DNA of 64,000 nt, taken from assembly GCA_963781885.1 (NCBI GenBank), contig CAWAHW010000003.1:96001-160000 (forward strand), written 5' to 3'. A program made the translations under genes and the position numbers. Positions 19,472 through 29,211 of this stretch are shown in pieces. This stretch comes from an uncultured Spirochaetota bacterium (GTDB lineage: Bacteria > Spirochaetota > Spirochaetia > SZUA-6 > Fen-1364). The notes below the pieces were generated by a model. That model saw only the letters and a list, made by a program, of their open reading frames with translations. It searched no databases and had not been told where the DNA came from. Within the stretch, counting starts at the first letter, position 1; each line of letters starts with the position of its first letter.

Positions 19472-21205
19472 ATGAGGAAGAAGCTTATAACCGCGTCTTC
19501 TGCTACGGTCGCAGTCTCACTCCTGGTTTTTTTCTTGTCAGCCTGCGGGGTTGGCAACACAAGCAAAAGCACACAGGCATCAACACCGGCATCGATGGCC
19601 GCCATACAGACCGTCGCGGTGTCCCCTGATGCCCTCAGCAAGTACGACCCGCCGATCAGCCTCATGATTGGCGGGCGTTCAACAAGCACGGAGGCCTACG
19701 TTCAAGGCGATTCCGCCGAGAACAACCCCTGGACCCGGGAGTTCAAGAGCGCTCTCGGGATCAACGTCGGATATGCCTGGCGCGTCGACGACTCCCAGTA
19801 TGACACGAAGGTGAATGTCGTGATCGCTTCGGGCACGATTCCGGACATGATGCGCGTCACCCTCAAGCAGTACAATATGCTTGTCGATGCGGGCCTCGCC
19901 GCGGACTTCACCGACATTCTGCCGAAGTACACCACGCAACTCTCGAGGAGCATCCTGACGGCAGATGAAAAAGCGTGGAGTGCCGCCAACAGCAGCGGCA
20001 AGATTTACGGAATCCCCAACAACAACAGCACCGTGCCGAACGCCCTGCAGGAAGTCTACATCCGCAAGGATTGGATGCAGAGCCTCAACCTGCAGGCTCC
20101 GAAGAACATGGACAACATGGTCAAAATCGCCGAAGCCTTCACGACGCAGGACCCCGACAAAAATGGCAAGGCCGATACCTTCGGATTGGCCCTCAGCAAG
20201 GATTTCATACCCTACGTCAATACCACAAGCAGCGGTAACACCACGAGCAGCCTGGGCTTCTTCAACGGTTATCGTGCCTATCCAGGCGCGTGGCTGCCGG
20301 ACAGCTCCGGCAAACTCGTGTACGGCAGCATACAACCCCCGGTGAAGGCAGCCTTGAAAGTACTCCAGAAGATGTATGCGGAAGGCGCCATGGACAAGGA
20401 GTTCGCGGTAAAAGACACTTCCAAGTTCAACGAAGCGCTGGTCTCGGGGAAAGCGGGGATCTTCTTCGGCCCGTTCTGGGCGGCCGCCTGGCCGTTGCAG
20501 GACCTCCGGACCGCCAACCCGAAGGCGGACTGGAACTATTATCCCGTGCTGTCCGTGGACGCGAAGCCGGCCCTGCCGCAGGTGAATGTGCCGCTGGATG
20601 GATTCTGGGTGGTCCGCAAGGACTACAAATATCCTGAAGCCGTCGTCAAGATGTTCAACCTGGTGGCGGACCACTATTTCTCGGACGACCTGTCGAAGAA
20701 CTGGTTTGTGACGGTGGACAACCTGGACAAGTATACCAGCAAGGGAATCGGCGTCTTCGATTACAGCATCATGTACCAGGAACCGTTTGACGTCGACCTG
20801 AGAGGCTACCTCGACACGGTGAAAGGCCTGAAGGCCAAGAGCGGAAAAAGCATCACGTACGGCGCCAGCGTCCAGGTCTATGACCAGGCCCAGAAGTTCG
20901 CCGACACCGGGGACAACTCCGTATGGAACTACTATGCAATGTTCTCGGAGAATGGCTCCATGAAGGTAATCGTCGACTACATCAACAGCAAGACAATGAT
21001 GTACAACAGTTTCTACGGCATTCCCGGGCCGGTGATGACGGAACGTGGCTCGACCCTTACCAAGATGGAGGTGGAGGAGTTCACGAAGATCATCATGGGG
21101 AGCGTGCCGATTGACGATTTCGACAAATTCGTGAAGCAGTGGCAGAGTACCGGTGGGGATGACCTCACGAAGGAAATCAACGACTGGTACGTAAAGAACA
21201 AATAG
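19472..21205 (+). CDS. ABC carbohydrate-binding lipoprotein (LplA-like)
   Basis: Lipobox LSAC, IASGTIPDM, DPDKNGKADTFG, IIMG...DFDKFVKQW...GGD; GGAGG ribosome-binding site. Confidence 0.92.
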   Translation: MRKKLITASSATVAVSLLVFFLSACGVGNTSKSTQASTPASMAAIQTVAVSPDALSKYDPPISLMIGGRSTSTEAYVQGDSAENNPWTREFKSALGINVGYAWRVDDSQYDTKVNVVIASGTIPDMMRVTLKQYNMLVDAGLAADFTDILPKYTTQLSRSILTADEKAWSAANSSGKIYGIPNNNSTVPNALQEVYIRKDWMQSLNLQAPKNMDNMVKIAEAFTTQDPDKNGKADTFGLALSKDFIPYVNTTSSGNTTSSLGFFNGYRAYPGAWLPDSSGKLVYGSIQPPVKAALKVLQKMYAEGAMDKEFAVKDTSKFNEALVSGKAGIFFGPFWAAAWPLQDLRTANPKADWNYYPVLSVDAKPALPQVNVPLDGFWVVRKDYKYPEAVVKMFNLVADHYFSDDLSKNWFVTVDNLDKYTSKGIGVFDYSIMYQEPFDVDLRGYLDTVKGLKAKSGKSITYGASVQVYDQAQKFADTGDNSVWNYYAMFSENGSMKVIVDYINSKTMMYNSFYGIPGPVMTERGSTLTKMEVEEFTKIIMGSVPIDDFDKFVKQWQSTGGDDLTKEINDWYVKNK

Positions 21206-21233
21206 GCAAAGTCCAAGGACATTCATGCGCCAT

Positions 21234-21259
21234 GGGGGGGGCTGATGGCCCCCCCTTCT
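21234..21259 (+). terminator. GC-rich hairpin after the binding-protein gene (weak terminator or mRNA stabiliser)
   Basis: G8-C-TGATG-G-C7 followed only by TTCT. Confidence 0.45.
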
Positions 21260-21372
21260 GGAGCGTCGAAAAAAGACGTTCTGCGGTGCGCCTCGCCAAA
21301 TCGAAAATCGATCTTGCGCGTCAGGGGGCGAATGAGCAGAATGGGACTGACGTCATCGAATGAGGGGGGCCG

Positions 21373-22167
21373 ATGCTGGGAAGCAATGCGAGCGAAGGAA
21401 TCCCAAAGTACATCCAGCTTGCAACAATCATCCGGGACAAGATTCTTCGGCAGGAGTATAAAGCGGGGGAGCAGATCCCCAGCGAGGTCGAGCTTTGCGG
21501 CGCCTACCAGGTGAGCAGAATCACGGTCCGCGAGGCGGTGAACAAGCTCGTGCAAGAGAACTACCTGAATCGCGTCCAGGGCAAGGGGACGTACGTGGTG
21601 CACCCGAAGCTGCGCAGGAACATTGCGAAGGTCTACAGTTTCAGCAGCGATATGAGGCATCTCGGGCTGGAACCGAGCTCCCGGGTGCTCGCTCTGGCGG
21701 TGGAGGAGGTGGAGGGAGAAATGGCGGAGAAGCTGCGGCTGCCGGCAGACAACCGCAGGGTCACCAGGATCAGCAGGGTGCGAATGGCAAACGGGGTACC
21801 GATACTCACGGAGACAACGTTGATACCCGAGCACTTGTGTGGCGGCCTTGTCGGCAGGGATCTGGAAGGATCGCTGTATCAGATCCTGACGGAAGAGTAT
21901 CGGCTGATGCCGCATCACGCGGAAGAGACCTACGAAGCGGTGATCATGGGGCAGAGGGATGCGGAGCTTCTTCAGTGCGAATCGAGCGCGCCGCAGCCTG
22001 CCTTTGCCATCGAGTGTATTGTCTATCTGGAAAGTGGATTGCCCATCGAGTATAGCAGATCGGTCGGCAGGGGCGATATGGTGACGCTCACCAATCATAT
22101 GGTTGCAGACAAGGCGGATTTTCAGCGCGTTGTTGGACTCGCTTCTTCTTCCAATTCTCAACAGTGA
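21373..22167 (+). CDS. GntR family regulator, HutC/UTRA subfamily
   Basis: PKYIQL...IPSEVEL...VSRITVREA...QGKGTYV and a C-terminal UTRA domain. Confidence 0.93.
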   Translation: MLGSNASEGIPKYIQLATIIRDKILRQEYKAGEQIPSEVELCGAYQVSRITVREAVNKLVQENYLNRVQGKGTYVVHPKLRRNIAKVYSFSSDMRHLGLEPSSRVLALAVEEVEGEMAEKLRLPADNRRVTRISRVRMANGVPILTETTLIPEHLCGGLVGRDLEGSLYQILTEEYRLMPHHAEETYEAVIMGQRDAELLQCESSAPQPAFAIECIVYLESGLPIEYSRSVGRGDMVTLTNHMVADKADFQRVVGLASSSNSQQ

Positions 22168-22251
22168 AACAACTTGACGAATTGATATATCAGTTATAAT
22201 TCGTCTCGCAGCCTTGCTTTATTTGCATTCGATAGATTGCAACTATTTCGC

Positions 22252-22312
22252 TTGACAGATCATTCATAGAAGGTCTATAGTCCTCATGACATCATGTCGT
22301 CATAAGGACTAT
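22252..22312 (+). promoter_or_regulatory. Sigma70 promoter and operator (site 2)
   Basis: TTGACA (22252)-18 bp-TATAGT (22276), followed by TCATGACA-TCATGTCG-TCATAAGG-ACTAT. Confidence 0.75.
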
Positions 22313-22346
22313 CGTCGTCAAGTTGCCATTTTAAAGGAGAAGCTCA

Positions 22347-22425
22347 ATGACTAAGATGATATTTACCTGCCAAGCTGCTTTTGTCATTGCAGAGATTAAC
22401 GGATTGGTACGCAAAGAACAAATAG
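22347..22425 (+). pseudogene. Internally deleted remnant of a second solute-binding protein gene
   Basis: AAGGAG, then MTKMIFTCQAAFVIA fused to EIN-DWYAKNK-stop, which copies the C-terminus (EINDWYVKNK-stop) of 19472..21205. Confidence 0.7.
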
Positions 22426-22479
22426 ACATAGTCGGAAGACGATAGCCGCCAGGGATGACCTTCTGCAAGGGATGAAGAG

Positions 22480-23379
22480 ATGGCTCTGCAGGTAAAGCTC
22501 CGAAATCTTCCTCTTCACATCATGCTGATACCAGGTGTGATCCTGACCGTCATGTTCTGCTACGTGCCGATGGCGGGACTGGTGATGGCTTTCGACAAGT
22601 ACGCCCCGGTCGAAGGCATCCTCCATTCCCGATGGGTGGGGTTGGCGAATTTCCGGTACCTGCTCAGCCTGCCGGACACGATGCAGGTGCTCTTCAACAC
22701 GGTCTATATCGCCTTCATGAAGATCATCAGTTTCATGGTTCTTCCGGTGATCTTTGCGCTCCTGCTCAATGAGGTGACACGAAGCGGCTTCAAGAAGCCG
22801 ATACAGACCATCATCTACACGCCCCACTTCCTTTCCTGGATCATTCTGGGTGGAGTCCTGATCGACATCCTTTCGCCTTCGGAGGGCCTGGTCAATCTTG
22901 CGATCAAGGCGATGGGATTGAAGCCCATATTCTTTCTCGGCGATCCCAAATGGTTTCCCTATGTCATGGTGATCACGAACATCTGGAAGGAGTTCGGTTT
23001 CGAAGCGATCATCTATCTGGCGGCTTTGACGAGCATAGATCCCTCGCTCTATGAAGCGGCCGTCATTGATGGCGCCGGTCGGTGGAAGCAGACTCTCCAC
23101 ATCACCCTGCCGGGCATCCTGCCCATCATCATCATGATGATGACCTTGAACATGGGCGATATTCTGAACGCGGGGTTTGACCAGATATTCAACCTCTACA
23201 ACCCCGCCGTTTATCAAACGGGCGACATCATCGATACCTTCATCTACCGCATGGGGATCATCGACGCGCAATACAGCGTCGCGACCGCGGTCGGGTTTTT
23301 CAAGTCCATCGTCTCTCTCGTCTTTGTCGCGGGATCCTTCAAGATGGCCGAGAGATTCTCCGGCTATCGGGTGTTGTGA
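22480..23379 (+). CDS. Carbohydrate ABC permease (LplB/YteP-like)
   Basis: WVGLANF, PHFLSWII, EAA loop LYEAAVIDGAGRW. Confidence 0.95.
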   Translation: MALQVKLRNLPLHIMLIPGVILTVMFCYVPMAGLVMAFDKYAPVEGILHSRWVGLANFRYLLSLPDTMQVLFNTVYIAFMKIISFMVLPVIFALLLNEVTRSGFKKPIQTIIYTPHFLSWIILGGVLIDILSPSEGLVNLAIKAMGLKPIFFLGDPKWFPYVMVITNIWKEFGFEAIIYLAALTSIDPSLYEAAVIDGAGRWKQTLHITLPGILPIIIMMMTLNMGDILNAGFDQIFNLYNPAVYQTGDIIDTFIYRMGIIDAQYSVATAVGFFKSIVSLVFVAGSFKMAERFSGYRVL

Positions 23380-23397
23380 AAGGGAGGAGACATTCCG

Positions 23398-24282
23398 ATG
23401 GTGAAGGATTCCGGCGTCGGCAGCAGGATATTTGTGATCATCAATTACACGCTTCTCTCCGTGACGGCGCTGGTGTGTTTGCTCCCACTGGTGCACATAT
23501 TGGCCATTTCGTTCAGCAGCAGCTGGGCGGCGTCGGCGAATGTCGTCACATTCTGGCCGGTCGACATCACGACGATGGCCTACCGCTATGTTGCCGCAAA
23601 ACGGGAGTTCCTCAGCTCTCTCCTGGTTTCCGTCGAGCGTACGGCGCTGGGCACTGCCGTGAACATGGCCTTGACGGTACTCGTCGCGTATGCGCTCTCC
23701 AAGGAAAAGACATCTTTCAAAATGCGCGACGTCTATTCGTGGTTTTTCGTCATCACCATCCTCTTCAGCGGCGGATTGATTCCCTGGTACATGACGATCA
23801 AGAGCTACGGACTGATCAACAGCATCTGGGCCCTCATTCTTCCCTCGGCGGTGCCCGTGTTCAACGTCATCATGCTGATGAATTTCTTCCGTCAACTTCC
23901 CCGGGAGATAGAGGAGTCGGCCTTCATGGACGGTGCCTCCCATTGGACCATCATGCTGCGGATGTACCTTCCGCTTTCGACTCCCGCGCTGGCAACACTG
24001 GTGTTGTTTGCGCTGGTATTCCACTGGAACTCCTGGTTCGACGGGCTGATCCTGATCAATCAGCCAGAAAGGATGCCGTTGCAGAGCTATCTGCAAACCG
24101 TCGTCATCGCCCGTGACACAAGAATGGTCTCGGTGGCGTCGCTGAAAATGCTCGCGAAGATCAATGACCGCACCGCCAAATCCGCGCAGATTTTCCTGGG
24201 AGCGCTGCCGATACTGTGCGTTTACCCGTTCTTGCAGAAGTACTTCATGAAGGGAATGGTCCTTGGCAGCATCAAGGGATGA
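23398..24282 (+). CDS. Carbohydrate ABC permease (LplC/YtcP-like)
   Basis: FSGGLIP, EESAFMDGA, HWNSWF, YPFLQKYF..G...GSIKG. Confidence 0.95.
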   Translation: MVKDSGVGSRIFVIINYTLLSVTALVCLLPLVHILAISFSSSWAASANVVTFWPVDITTMAYRYVAAKREFLSSLLVSVERTALGTAVNMALTVLVAYALSKEKTSFKMRDVYSWFFVITILFSGGLIPWYMTIKSYGLINSIWALILPSAVPVFNVIMLMNFFRQLPREIEESAFMDGASHWTIMLRMYLPLSTPALATLVLFALVFHWNSWFDGLILINQPERMPLQSYLQTVVIARDTRMVSVASLKMLAKINDRTAKSAQIFLGALPILCVYPFLQKYFMKGMVLGSIKG

Positions 24283-24393
24283 GGAACGAGAGAGGAATGC
24301 TGATGGCCTTCGACTGGCCAGGGCGGTCGCGTATCTACACTGATCCGCTCGACGTCAGGAATGATTGAAGAGAGCACAGCAAGGAGGCACCTA

Positions 24394-25851
24394 GTGAAGC
24401 ACGCATCATCGATTACAAATGGGGTCGTCCAGTGTTGTCCCGAAAACCCACGCTATCTTGCTTACAAAGGGAATCCGGTCATTCTCATCACATCGGCGGA
24501 ACCCTATGGCGCGGTGATCAATCTGGATTTCGACTACAAGACCTATCTGGAAAGGCTCTCCAGCTTCGAGCTGAACTACACCCGTATCTATCCCGGCGGC
24601 TATCTGGAAAAAGAGGGCATGTTTATTGAGGAAAACGTGATGGCCCCGGCGCCGGGCCGGCTGGCAGTGCCGTGGGCTCGCAGTGACGCGCGGGGCTATG
24701 CGGCCGGCGGCAACAAGTTCGACTTGAACAGGTGGGACGCAGGCTATTTTTCGCGCCTGCAGGATTTCATGGTCGAGGCGGAGAGACGCGGCATTGTCGT
24801 CGAGATATGCTTTTTCAATTGCCAATACCCTGAAGGTTGGTCGGACTGCCCGCTGAATGCCACCAACAATATACAAGGAATCGGCACGTGCGCTCCCGCC
24901 GAGTTTCAGACCCTACGTGAACCCGAGCTGGTGCGCGTCCAGGAAGAATACATTCGCAAGATCGTGCAGGAGGTCAACTCTTTCGACAACGTGATCCTGG
25001 AGATTTGCGACGAGCCGACGCTGAAGGGCACGCCGGGCGAAGAAGCGGTGGCCTGGATCGATCGTCTGGCGGATGTCATCGTTGAGACCGAACGCACCCT
25101 GCCGAAGAAGCACCTCATTGCCCAACAGCTCGAGGTGGGGGTCGATTTCACCGATGACGCAAGGATTCCCCTGATTGTCGCCCAATATGTCGAGCAGAAT
25201 GAGAACAGGCAGGTCGGAGGCATCGAGGCGCTCGATTGCGAATATGGCCATAACAAGCCCATTGAGTTCAATGAAACATCCGTTTTTCCCATCTGGTACA
25301 AGGGTGACCAAATCGCTGATTCCCGGGTGGAGGCGTGGGAGTTTCTGGTCGGCGGGGGTGCGGCATTCAACCAGCACAACAGCCTGTACACTGTCAGAAA
25401 CCCCGCGGGGAAGACGCCGGAAAATGAGAAGATTCTGGGCGCGCTTCGGATTCTCAAGCATTTCATGGAGGGATTCAGGTTTGAGAAGATGCGGCAGGAC
25501 ACGGGATTCCTGAAAGGTCCTGTCCCGCACGGGGCGCATATCCGGTGCATCAGTGAACCCGGCGTTCAATACGCCCTCTACATTCATCACAGCGTCATCC
25601 ACGAGCATCTGGATTATATTGTTACTCCCGGGGACTATAGCGCGGCGCTCGATGTGGATCTGCCCGCCGGTCGCTATCGCTTTGAATGGATCGATCCCGA
25701 AACCGGACGCGCCGTTCTCTCCGACACCTTCGCGCACACCGGAGGGGTGAGGCATCTTGCCGGACCGAAATACACAATCGATATCGCCTTGAAGATCCTC
25801 TCCGTGGAGGGGCGAAGCGTCATGAGTAGCGCAGCCCACGTTGAAGAATGA
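24394..25851 (+). CDS. Putative clan GH-A-like glycoside hydrolase with C-terminal beta-sandwich
   Basis: PENPRYL.YKG, KFDLNRWD..YF.RL, acid/base-like EICDEP, FNET, C-terminal LPAGRYRFEWIDP; AAGGAGG before GTG 24394. Confidence 0.65.
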   Translation: MKHASSITNGVVQCCPENPRYLAYKGNPVILITSAEPYGAVINLDFDYKTYLERLSSFELNYTRIYPGGYLEKEGMFIEENVMAPAPGRLAVPWARSDARGYAAGGNKFDLNRWDAGYFSRLQDFMVEAERRGIVVEICFFNCQYPEGWSDCPLNATNNIQGIGTCAPAEFQTLREPELVRVQEEYIRKIVQEVNSFDNVILEICDEPTLKGTPGEEAVAWIDRLADVIVETERTLPKKHLIAQQLEVGVDFTDDARIPLIVAQYVEQNENRQVGGIEALDCEYGHNKPIEFNETSVFPIWYKGDQIADSRVEAWEFLVGGGAAFNQHNSLYTVRNPAGKTPENEKILGALRILKHFMEGFRFEKMRQDTGFLKGPVPHGAHIRCISEPGVQYALYIHHSVIHEHLDYIVTPGDYSAALDVDLPAGRYRFEWIDPETGRAVLSDTFAHTGGVRHLAGPKYTIDIALKILSVEGRSVMSSAAHVEE

Positions 25852-27248
25852 GTATGGTCAGGCAGGCCGAGCTTCACGGTCCTCTGCGCAAAAATAGCGC
25901 AAACCCCCGGTACTTCACCGACAATACGGGAAAGGCGATCTTTCTTGCCGGCTTCCACACGTGGGCAGTTATGCAAGACATGTGGCTGGAGAACGAGCCG
26001 CGAAGAAGTATGGATTATGACGGATTCCTCCAGATGATGGAAGACAACGGGCACAACTTCTTGCGGTTCTGGCAGTGGGATCAGACCGCAAGCGCTGCGT
26101 GGAGCAAAGCGAGGACTATTTTTGCGCCGCAGCCGTATGAGCGTACGGGGCCGGGAGAGGCCGCAGACCGGCAACCGAAATTCGATCTCACGCGATGGAA
26201 CGAGGCATATTTTAAAAGGCTGCGGGAGAGAATCCGCGCGGCTGGCAGAAAAGGCATCTATGCCTCCGTCATGCTTTTCGAGGCGTGGTGCATCAAGTGG
26301 GCAACCTCCGCAGAGAACGACCCCTGGCTCTATCATCCCATGCGTCGGCAAAATAACGTGAATGGCATCTCGGATGACCCTGTCATTGCGAACGGAAGGG
26401 CATTGAATTTTTATTCGCTGAAATGTCCCCAACTGCTTCATTGGCAGAAGGAGCTTGTGAAGAAGATAATTGATGCCGTCAACGGCCTTGACAACGTGCT
26501 ATATGAAATCTGCAACGAGATTCCGTACACGCGCGATGCGATGGAGTGGCAGGATTACATGTGCGATTTCATCCACGATTATGAAGGCTCGAAACCTGTG
26601 CAGCATCCCGTCGGCATCACGGCCGAAGGTGGAGATCAGGACAACGGGGAGCTTTTCGCAACGCACGCTGATTGGATTTCCCCCAGCAACGGGCGCCTCT
26701 ACGAATATCGCTACAATCCTCCCGTGGCGAATGGCGAGAAGGTGGTGGTCAACGATACCGACCATTTGTGGGGGCATGGCTGCGAAACGGCCTGGATCTG
26801 GAAGAGCTTTTTGCGGGGCATGAACGTGCTTTTCATGGATCCATGGGAGCGCATCCCCGGGGAGCTGGACTGGTGGCAGGATGGGTCGGTCTCGAGGAAC
26901 CAGCGTTACTACTACGAATGGGACCCTGTGCGCCGAAATCTCGGATATGCACGACAGTATGGTTTGCGCATGGAATTGAACAATTGCACCCCCATGAATG
27001 ACCTCTGCACATCGACCTACTGTCTGGCGAATCCCAGCGTGGAATATCTTTTTTTTCTGCCGGCCGGGGGAACCGAGGGGATCGATCTGTGGAACTCGCG
27101 GGGCAGCTTTGAGACCGAATGGTTCAACCCGGTGACAGGCGGCCGAACGATGGGCGCCGCACTTTCCGGGCGAACGCGGCATGCCGTAAGGGCGCCGTTT
27201 GAGGGCGCTGCCGTACTGTATTTATATCGCAAGAAGGAACAGGAGTGA
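25848..27248 (+). CDS. DUF6298-like putative glycoside hydrolase, distant paralog of the upstream gene
   Basis: NPRYFTD, GFHTW, KFDLTRWNEAYF.RL, YEICNE, NDTDHLWG, LFMDP, EWFNP. Confidence 0.65.
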   Translation: MSMVRQAELHGPLRKNSANPRYFTDNTGKAIFLAGFHTWAVMQDMWLENEPRRSMDYDGFLQMMEDNGHNFLRFWQWDQTASAAWSKARTIFAPQPYERTGPGEAADRQPKFDLTRWNEAYFKRLRERIRAAGRKGIYASVMLFEAWCIKWATSAENDPWLYHPMRRQNNVNGISDDPVIANGRALNFYSLKCPQLLHWQKELVKKIIDAVNGLDNVLYEICNEIPYTRDAMEWQDYMCDFIHDYEGSKPVQHPVGITAEGGDQDNGELFATHADWISPSNGRLYEYRYNPPVANGEKVVVNDTDHLWGHGCETAWIWKSFLRGMNVLFMDPWERIPGELDWWQDGSVSRNQRYYYEWDPVRRNLGYARQYGLRMELNNCTPMNDLCTSTYCLANPSVEYLFFLPAGGTEGIDLWNSRGSFETEWFNPVTGGRTMGAALSGRTRHAVRAPFEGAAVLYLYRKKEQE

Positions 27249-28069
27249 TGTCGATGCTGGGAAATGAGATTCGCTTTTCGAGATTCTTGAATCAGGGCGA
27301 GAACGCCGTCATCGTTGCCGTCGATCACGGAATCTGCTCCGGACCCAACGCGGGTAACTGGAATCTGCCCGCCATCGTGGAAAACCTGACGGAGGCCGAT
27401 GGCCTCCTGATGAGCTCGGGAATGGCGGAAAAGTGCAAGAATACCCTGTTTGGCAAGGCAGGCCCCATTCTCCTGCTCAGGCTGACGTGGATCTCCTCCT
27501 ATGCGCCGTGGAATTATGACAAGTCCTACGAGGTCATGGCGCTCTCTCCGGAGGAGGCCGTGATGATGGGCGCGGACGTTGGACTTGCTTCCTGCAATCT
27601 GAACTCGGGCGACGAGCGCACCGACGCGGAGAATGTCAGACTCTTTGCGGACATCGTGAGGCGCAAGAGAGCATGCGGGCTGCCGGTCGCGGCGGAGTTC
27701 TATCCCGGCCACGCGGACGTCGTGGACAGGGAAGAGATCCATGGGGATGTCGTGAATGTCGCAAGGATCCTGAGCGAGCTGGGTGCGGACGCGATCAAGA
27801 CATTCTACACGGGCAGGAAGTTCCGCGAGGCAGTCACCGCGGCCTCGATTCCCATACTCGTGCTCGGCGCAGGCAAGACGAAAGAGCTTGCGGCGCTCCA
27901 GTCGGCGTATGACGCCGTCAACGATGGCGCGCGCGGGGTCTTCTTTGGCAGGAACGTCACGCAGGCGCGCAGTCCGAGGAGCTTTCTCTCCGCGCTCGTC
28001 AAGGTCGTGAAGAAGGGAGTGGAGCCCTCCGTGGCTGCACGCGAATCCGGGGTGGCTCTCGATGAGTAG
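27248..28069 (+). CDS. Class I aldolase, DhnA/LsrF family
   Basis: VAVDHG, ELGADAIKTFY (Schiff-base Lys), ILVLG, GVFFGRNVTQ. Confidence 0.88.
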   Translation: MSMLGNEIRFSRFLNQGENAVIVAVDHGICSGPNAGNWNLPAIVENLTEADGLLMSSGMAEKCKNTLFGKAGPILLLRLTWISSYAPWNYDKSYEVMALSPEEAVMMGADVGLASCNLNSGDERTDAENVRLFADIVRRKRACGLPVAAEFYPGHADVVDREEIHGDVVNVARILSELGADAIKTFYTGRKFREAVTAASIPILVLGAGKTKELAALQSAYDAVNDGARGVFFGRNVTQARSPRSFLSALVKVVKKGVEPSVAARESGVALDE

Positions 28070-29175
28070 TAGCCGGGATTTTACGCAGAGGAATGCTTCC
28101 GTGTGGGGCTTTGAGAAGGCGCATATCGAGACCCCCGCTTTGCTCATTGACCTTGACAACCTTGAGGAAAATATCGCGCACCATGGCCGACTTCTGGAAG
28201 GGCAGAAAGGCCAGGCTGAGGCCCCATTTCAAGACGGCCAAATGCCCGACCATCTCGCATCGGGAGATGGAAGCCGGTGCCAAGGGAATCACGTGCGCCA
28301 AGGTGAGCGAGGCGGAAGTCCTGGCACAGGCGGGCATCACGGACATCCTGATTGCAAACCAGATTGTGGACCCCGCAAAAATCCGGCGCATGGCCGGACT
28401 TGCCAGAAACGGCGCGAGGATCACCATTGCGGTGGACAACCCTCACAATCTTGTCGCCCTATCGGAGGCAGCGTCCACGCTCGGAACGCTCCTTCATGTC
28501 CTCGTCGAAGTCAATGTCGGGATGGAACGCTGCGGCGTCAACACCGTTGACGAGGTTCTTGCGCTCGCGCAGCGTGCTTCCTCCCTGCCGGGGCTTACAT
28601 TCGAAGGATTGCAGGCATACGAGGGCCATCTCAGCATCCTCCCGGATAGGGAGGAGCGACGCCGGGGCGTTTCAGCGGTGATTGAAAAGGTGAGCGGGAT
28701 CAAGTCGTCTCTGGAGGAGCACGGCGTCGCCGTGGCGACAATCAGCGGCGGAGGAACAGGCACGTACGAGTTTACGGGTAACGACACGATCTGGACGGAG
28801 ATACAAGCCGGTTCTTATGCATTCATGGACGGTGTCTACTGCGCCGCGGGAGTGCAGTTCAAGACCGCGCTCACGGTGCTTGCAACGGTCATCCACAAAA
28901 GGCCTGGCGTCGCGGTCACGGACGCCGGCATGAAGACATGCTCCACGGACGGCGGCGAGCCGGCGATCCTCGGTCATCCCTCCCTGAAGGTTGAGCTCCA
29001 TGAGGAGCATGGCCTCGTGCAGGACCCGCACGATGAGCTCCAGTATATGCAGAAGATTCAATACCTCCCCGGTCATTGCTGCACGACCGTCAACCTGCAT
29101 GACAGATACCTCTGCGTACGGCAGGACAAGCTGGAGTGCATCTGGCCAATCCTCGGGAGGGGGAAAAGCCAATGA
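28062..29175 (+). CDS. DSD1 / D-threonine aldolase family fold-type III PLP enzyme; frameshift near 28181
   Basis: IETPALLIDLDNLEENI (frame of 28062) joins LRPHFKTAK, AYEGH, SGGGTGT, EIQAGSY, EEHG, PGHCCTTVNLHD. Confidence 0.9.
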
Positions 29176-29211
29176 GGGGTCATGCCCCGGAGCATGGAAG
29201 GAGTGAATTGC

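Noticed and set aside
22174-22200. TTGACG...TATAAT as a second promoter
   Set aside because: The spacer is only 15 bp, and a better-spaced promoter lies at 22252.
19679-24096. Long minus-strand ORFs 19679..21226 and 22396..24096
   Set aside because: Antisense to well-supported transporter genes, with no motifs of their own.
28170-28190. Programmed ribosomal frameshift in the PLP enzyme
   Set aside because: No slippery sequence; same one-base duplication pattern as the other probable assembly errors.
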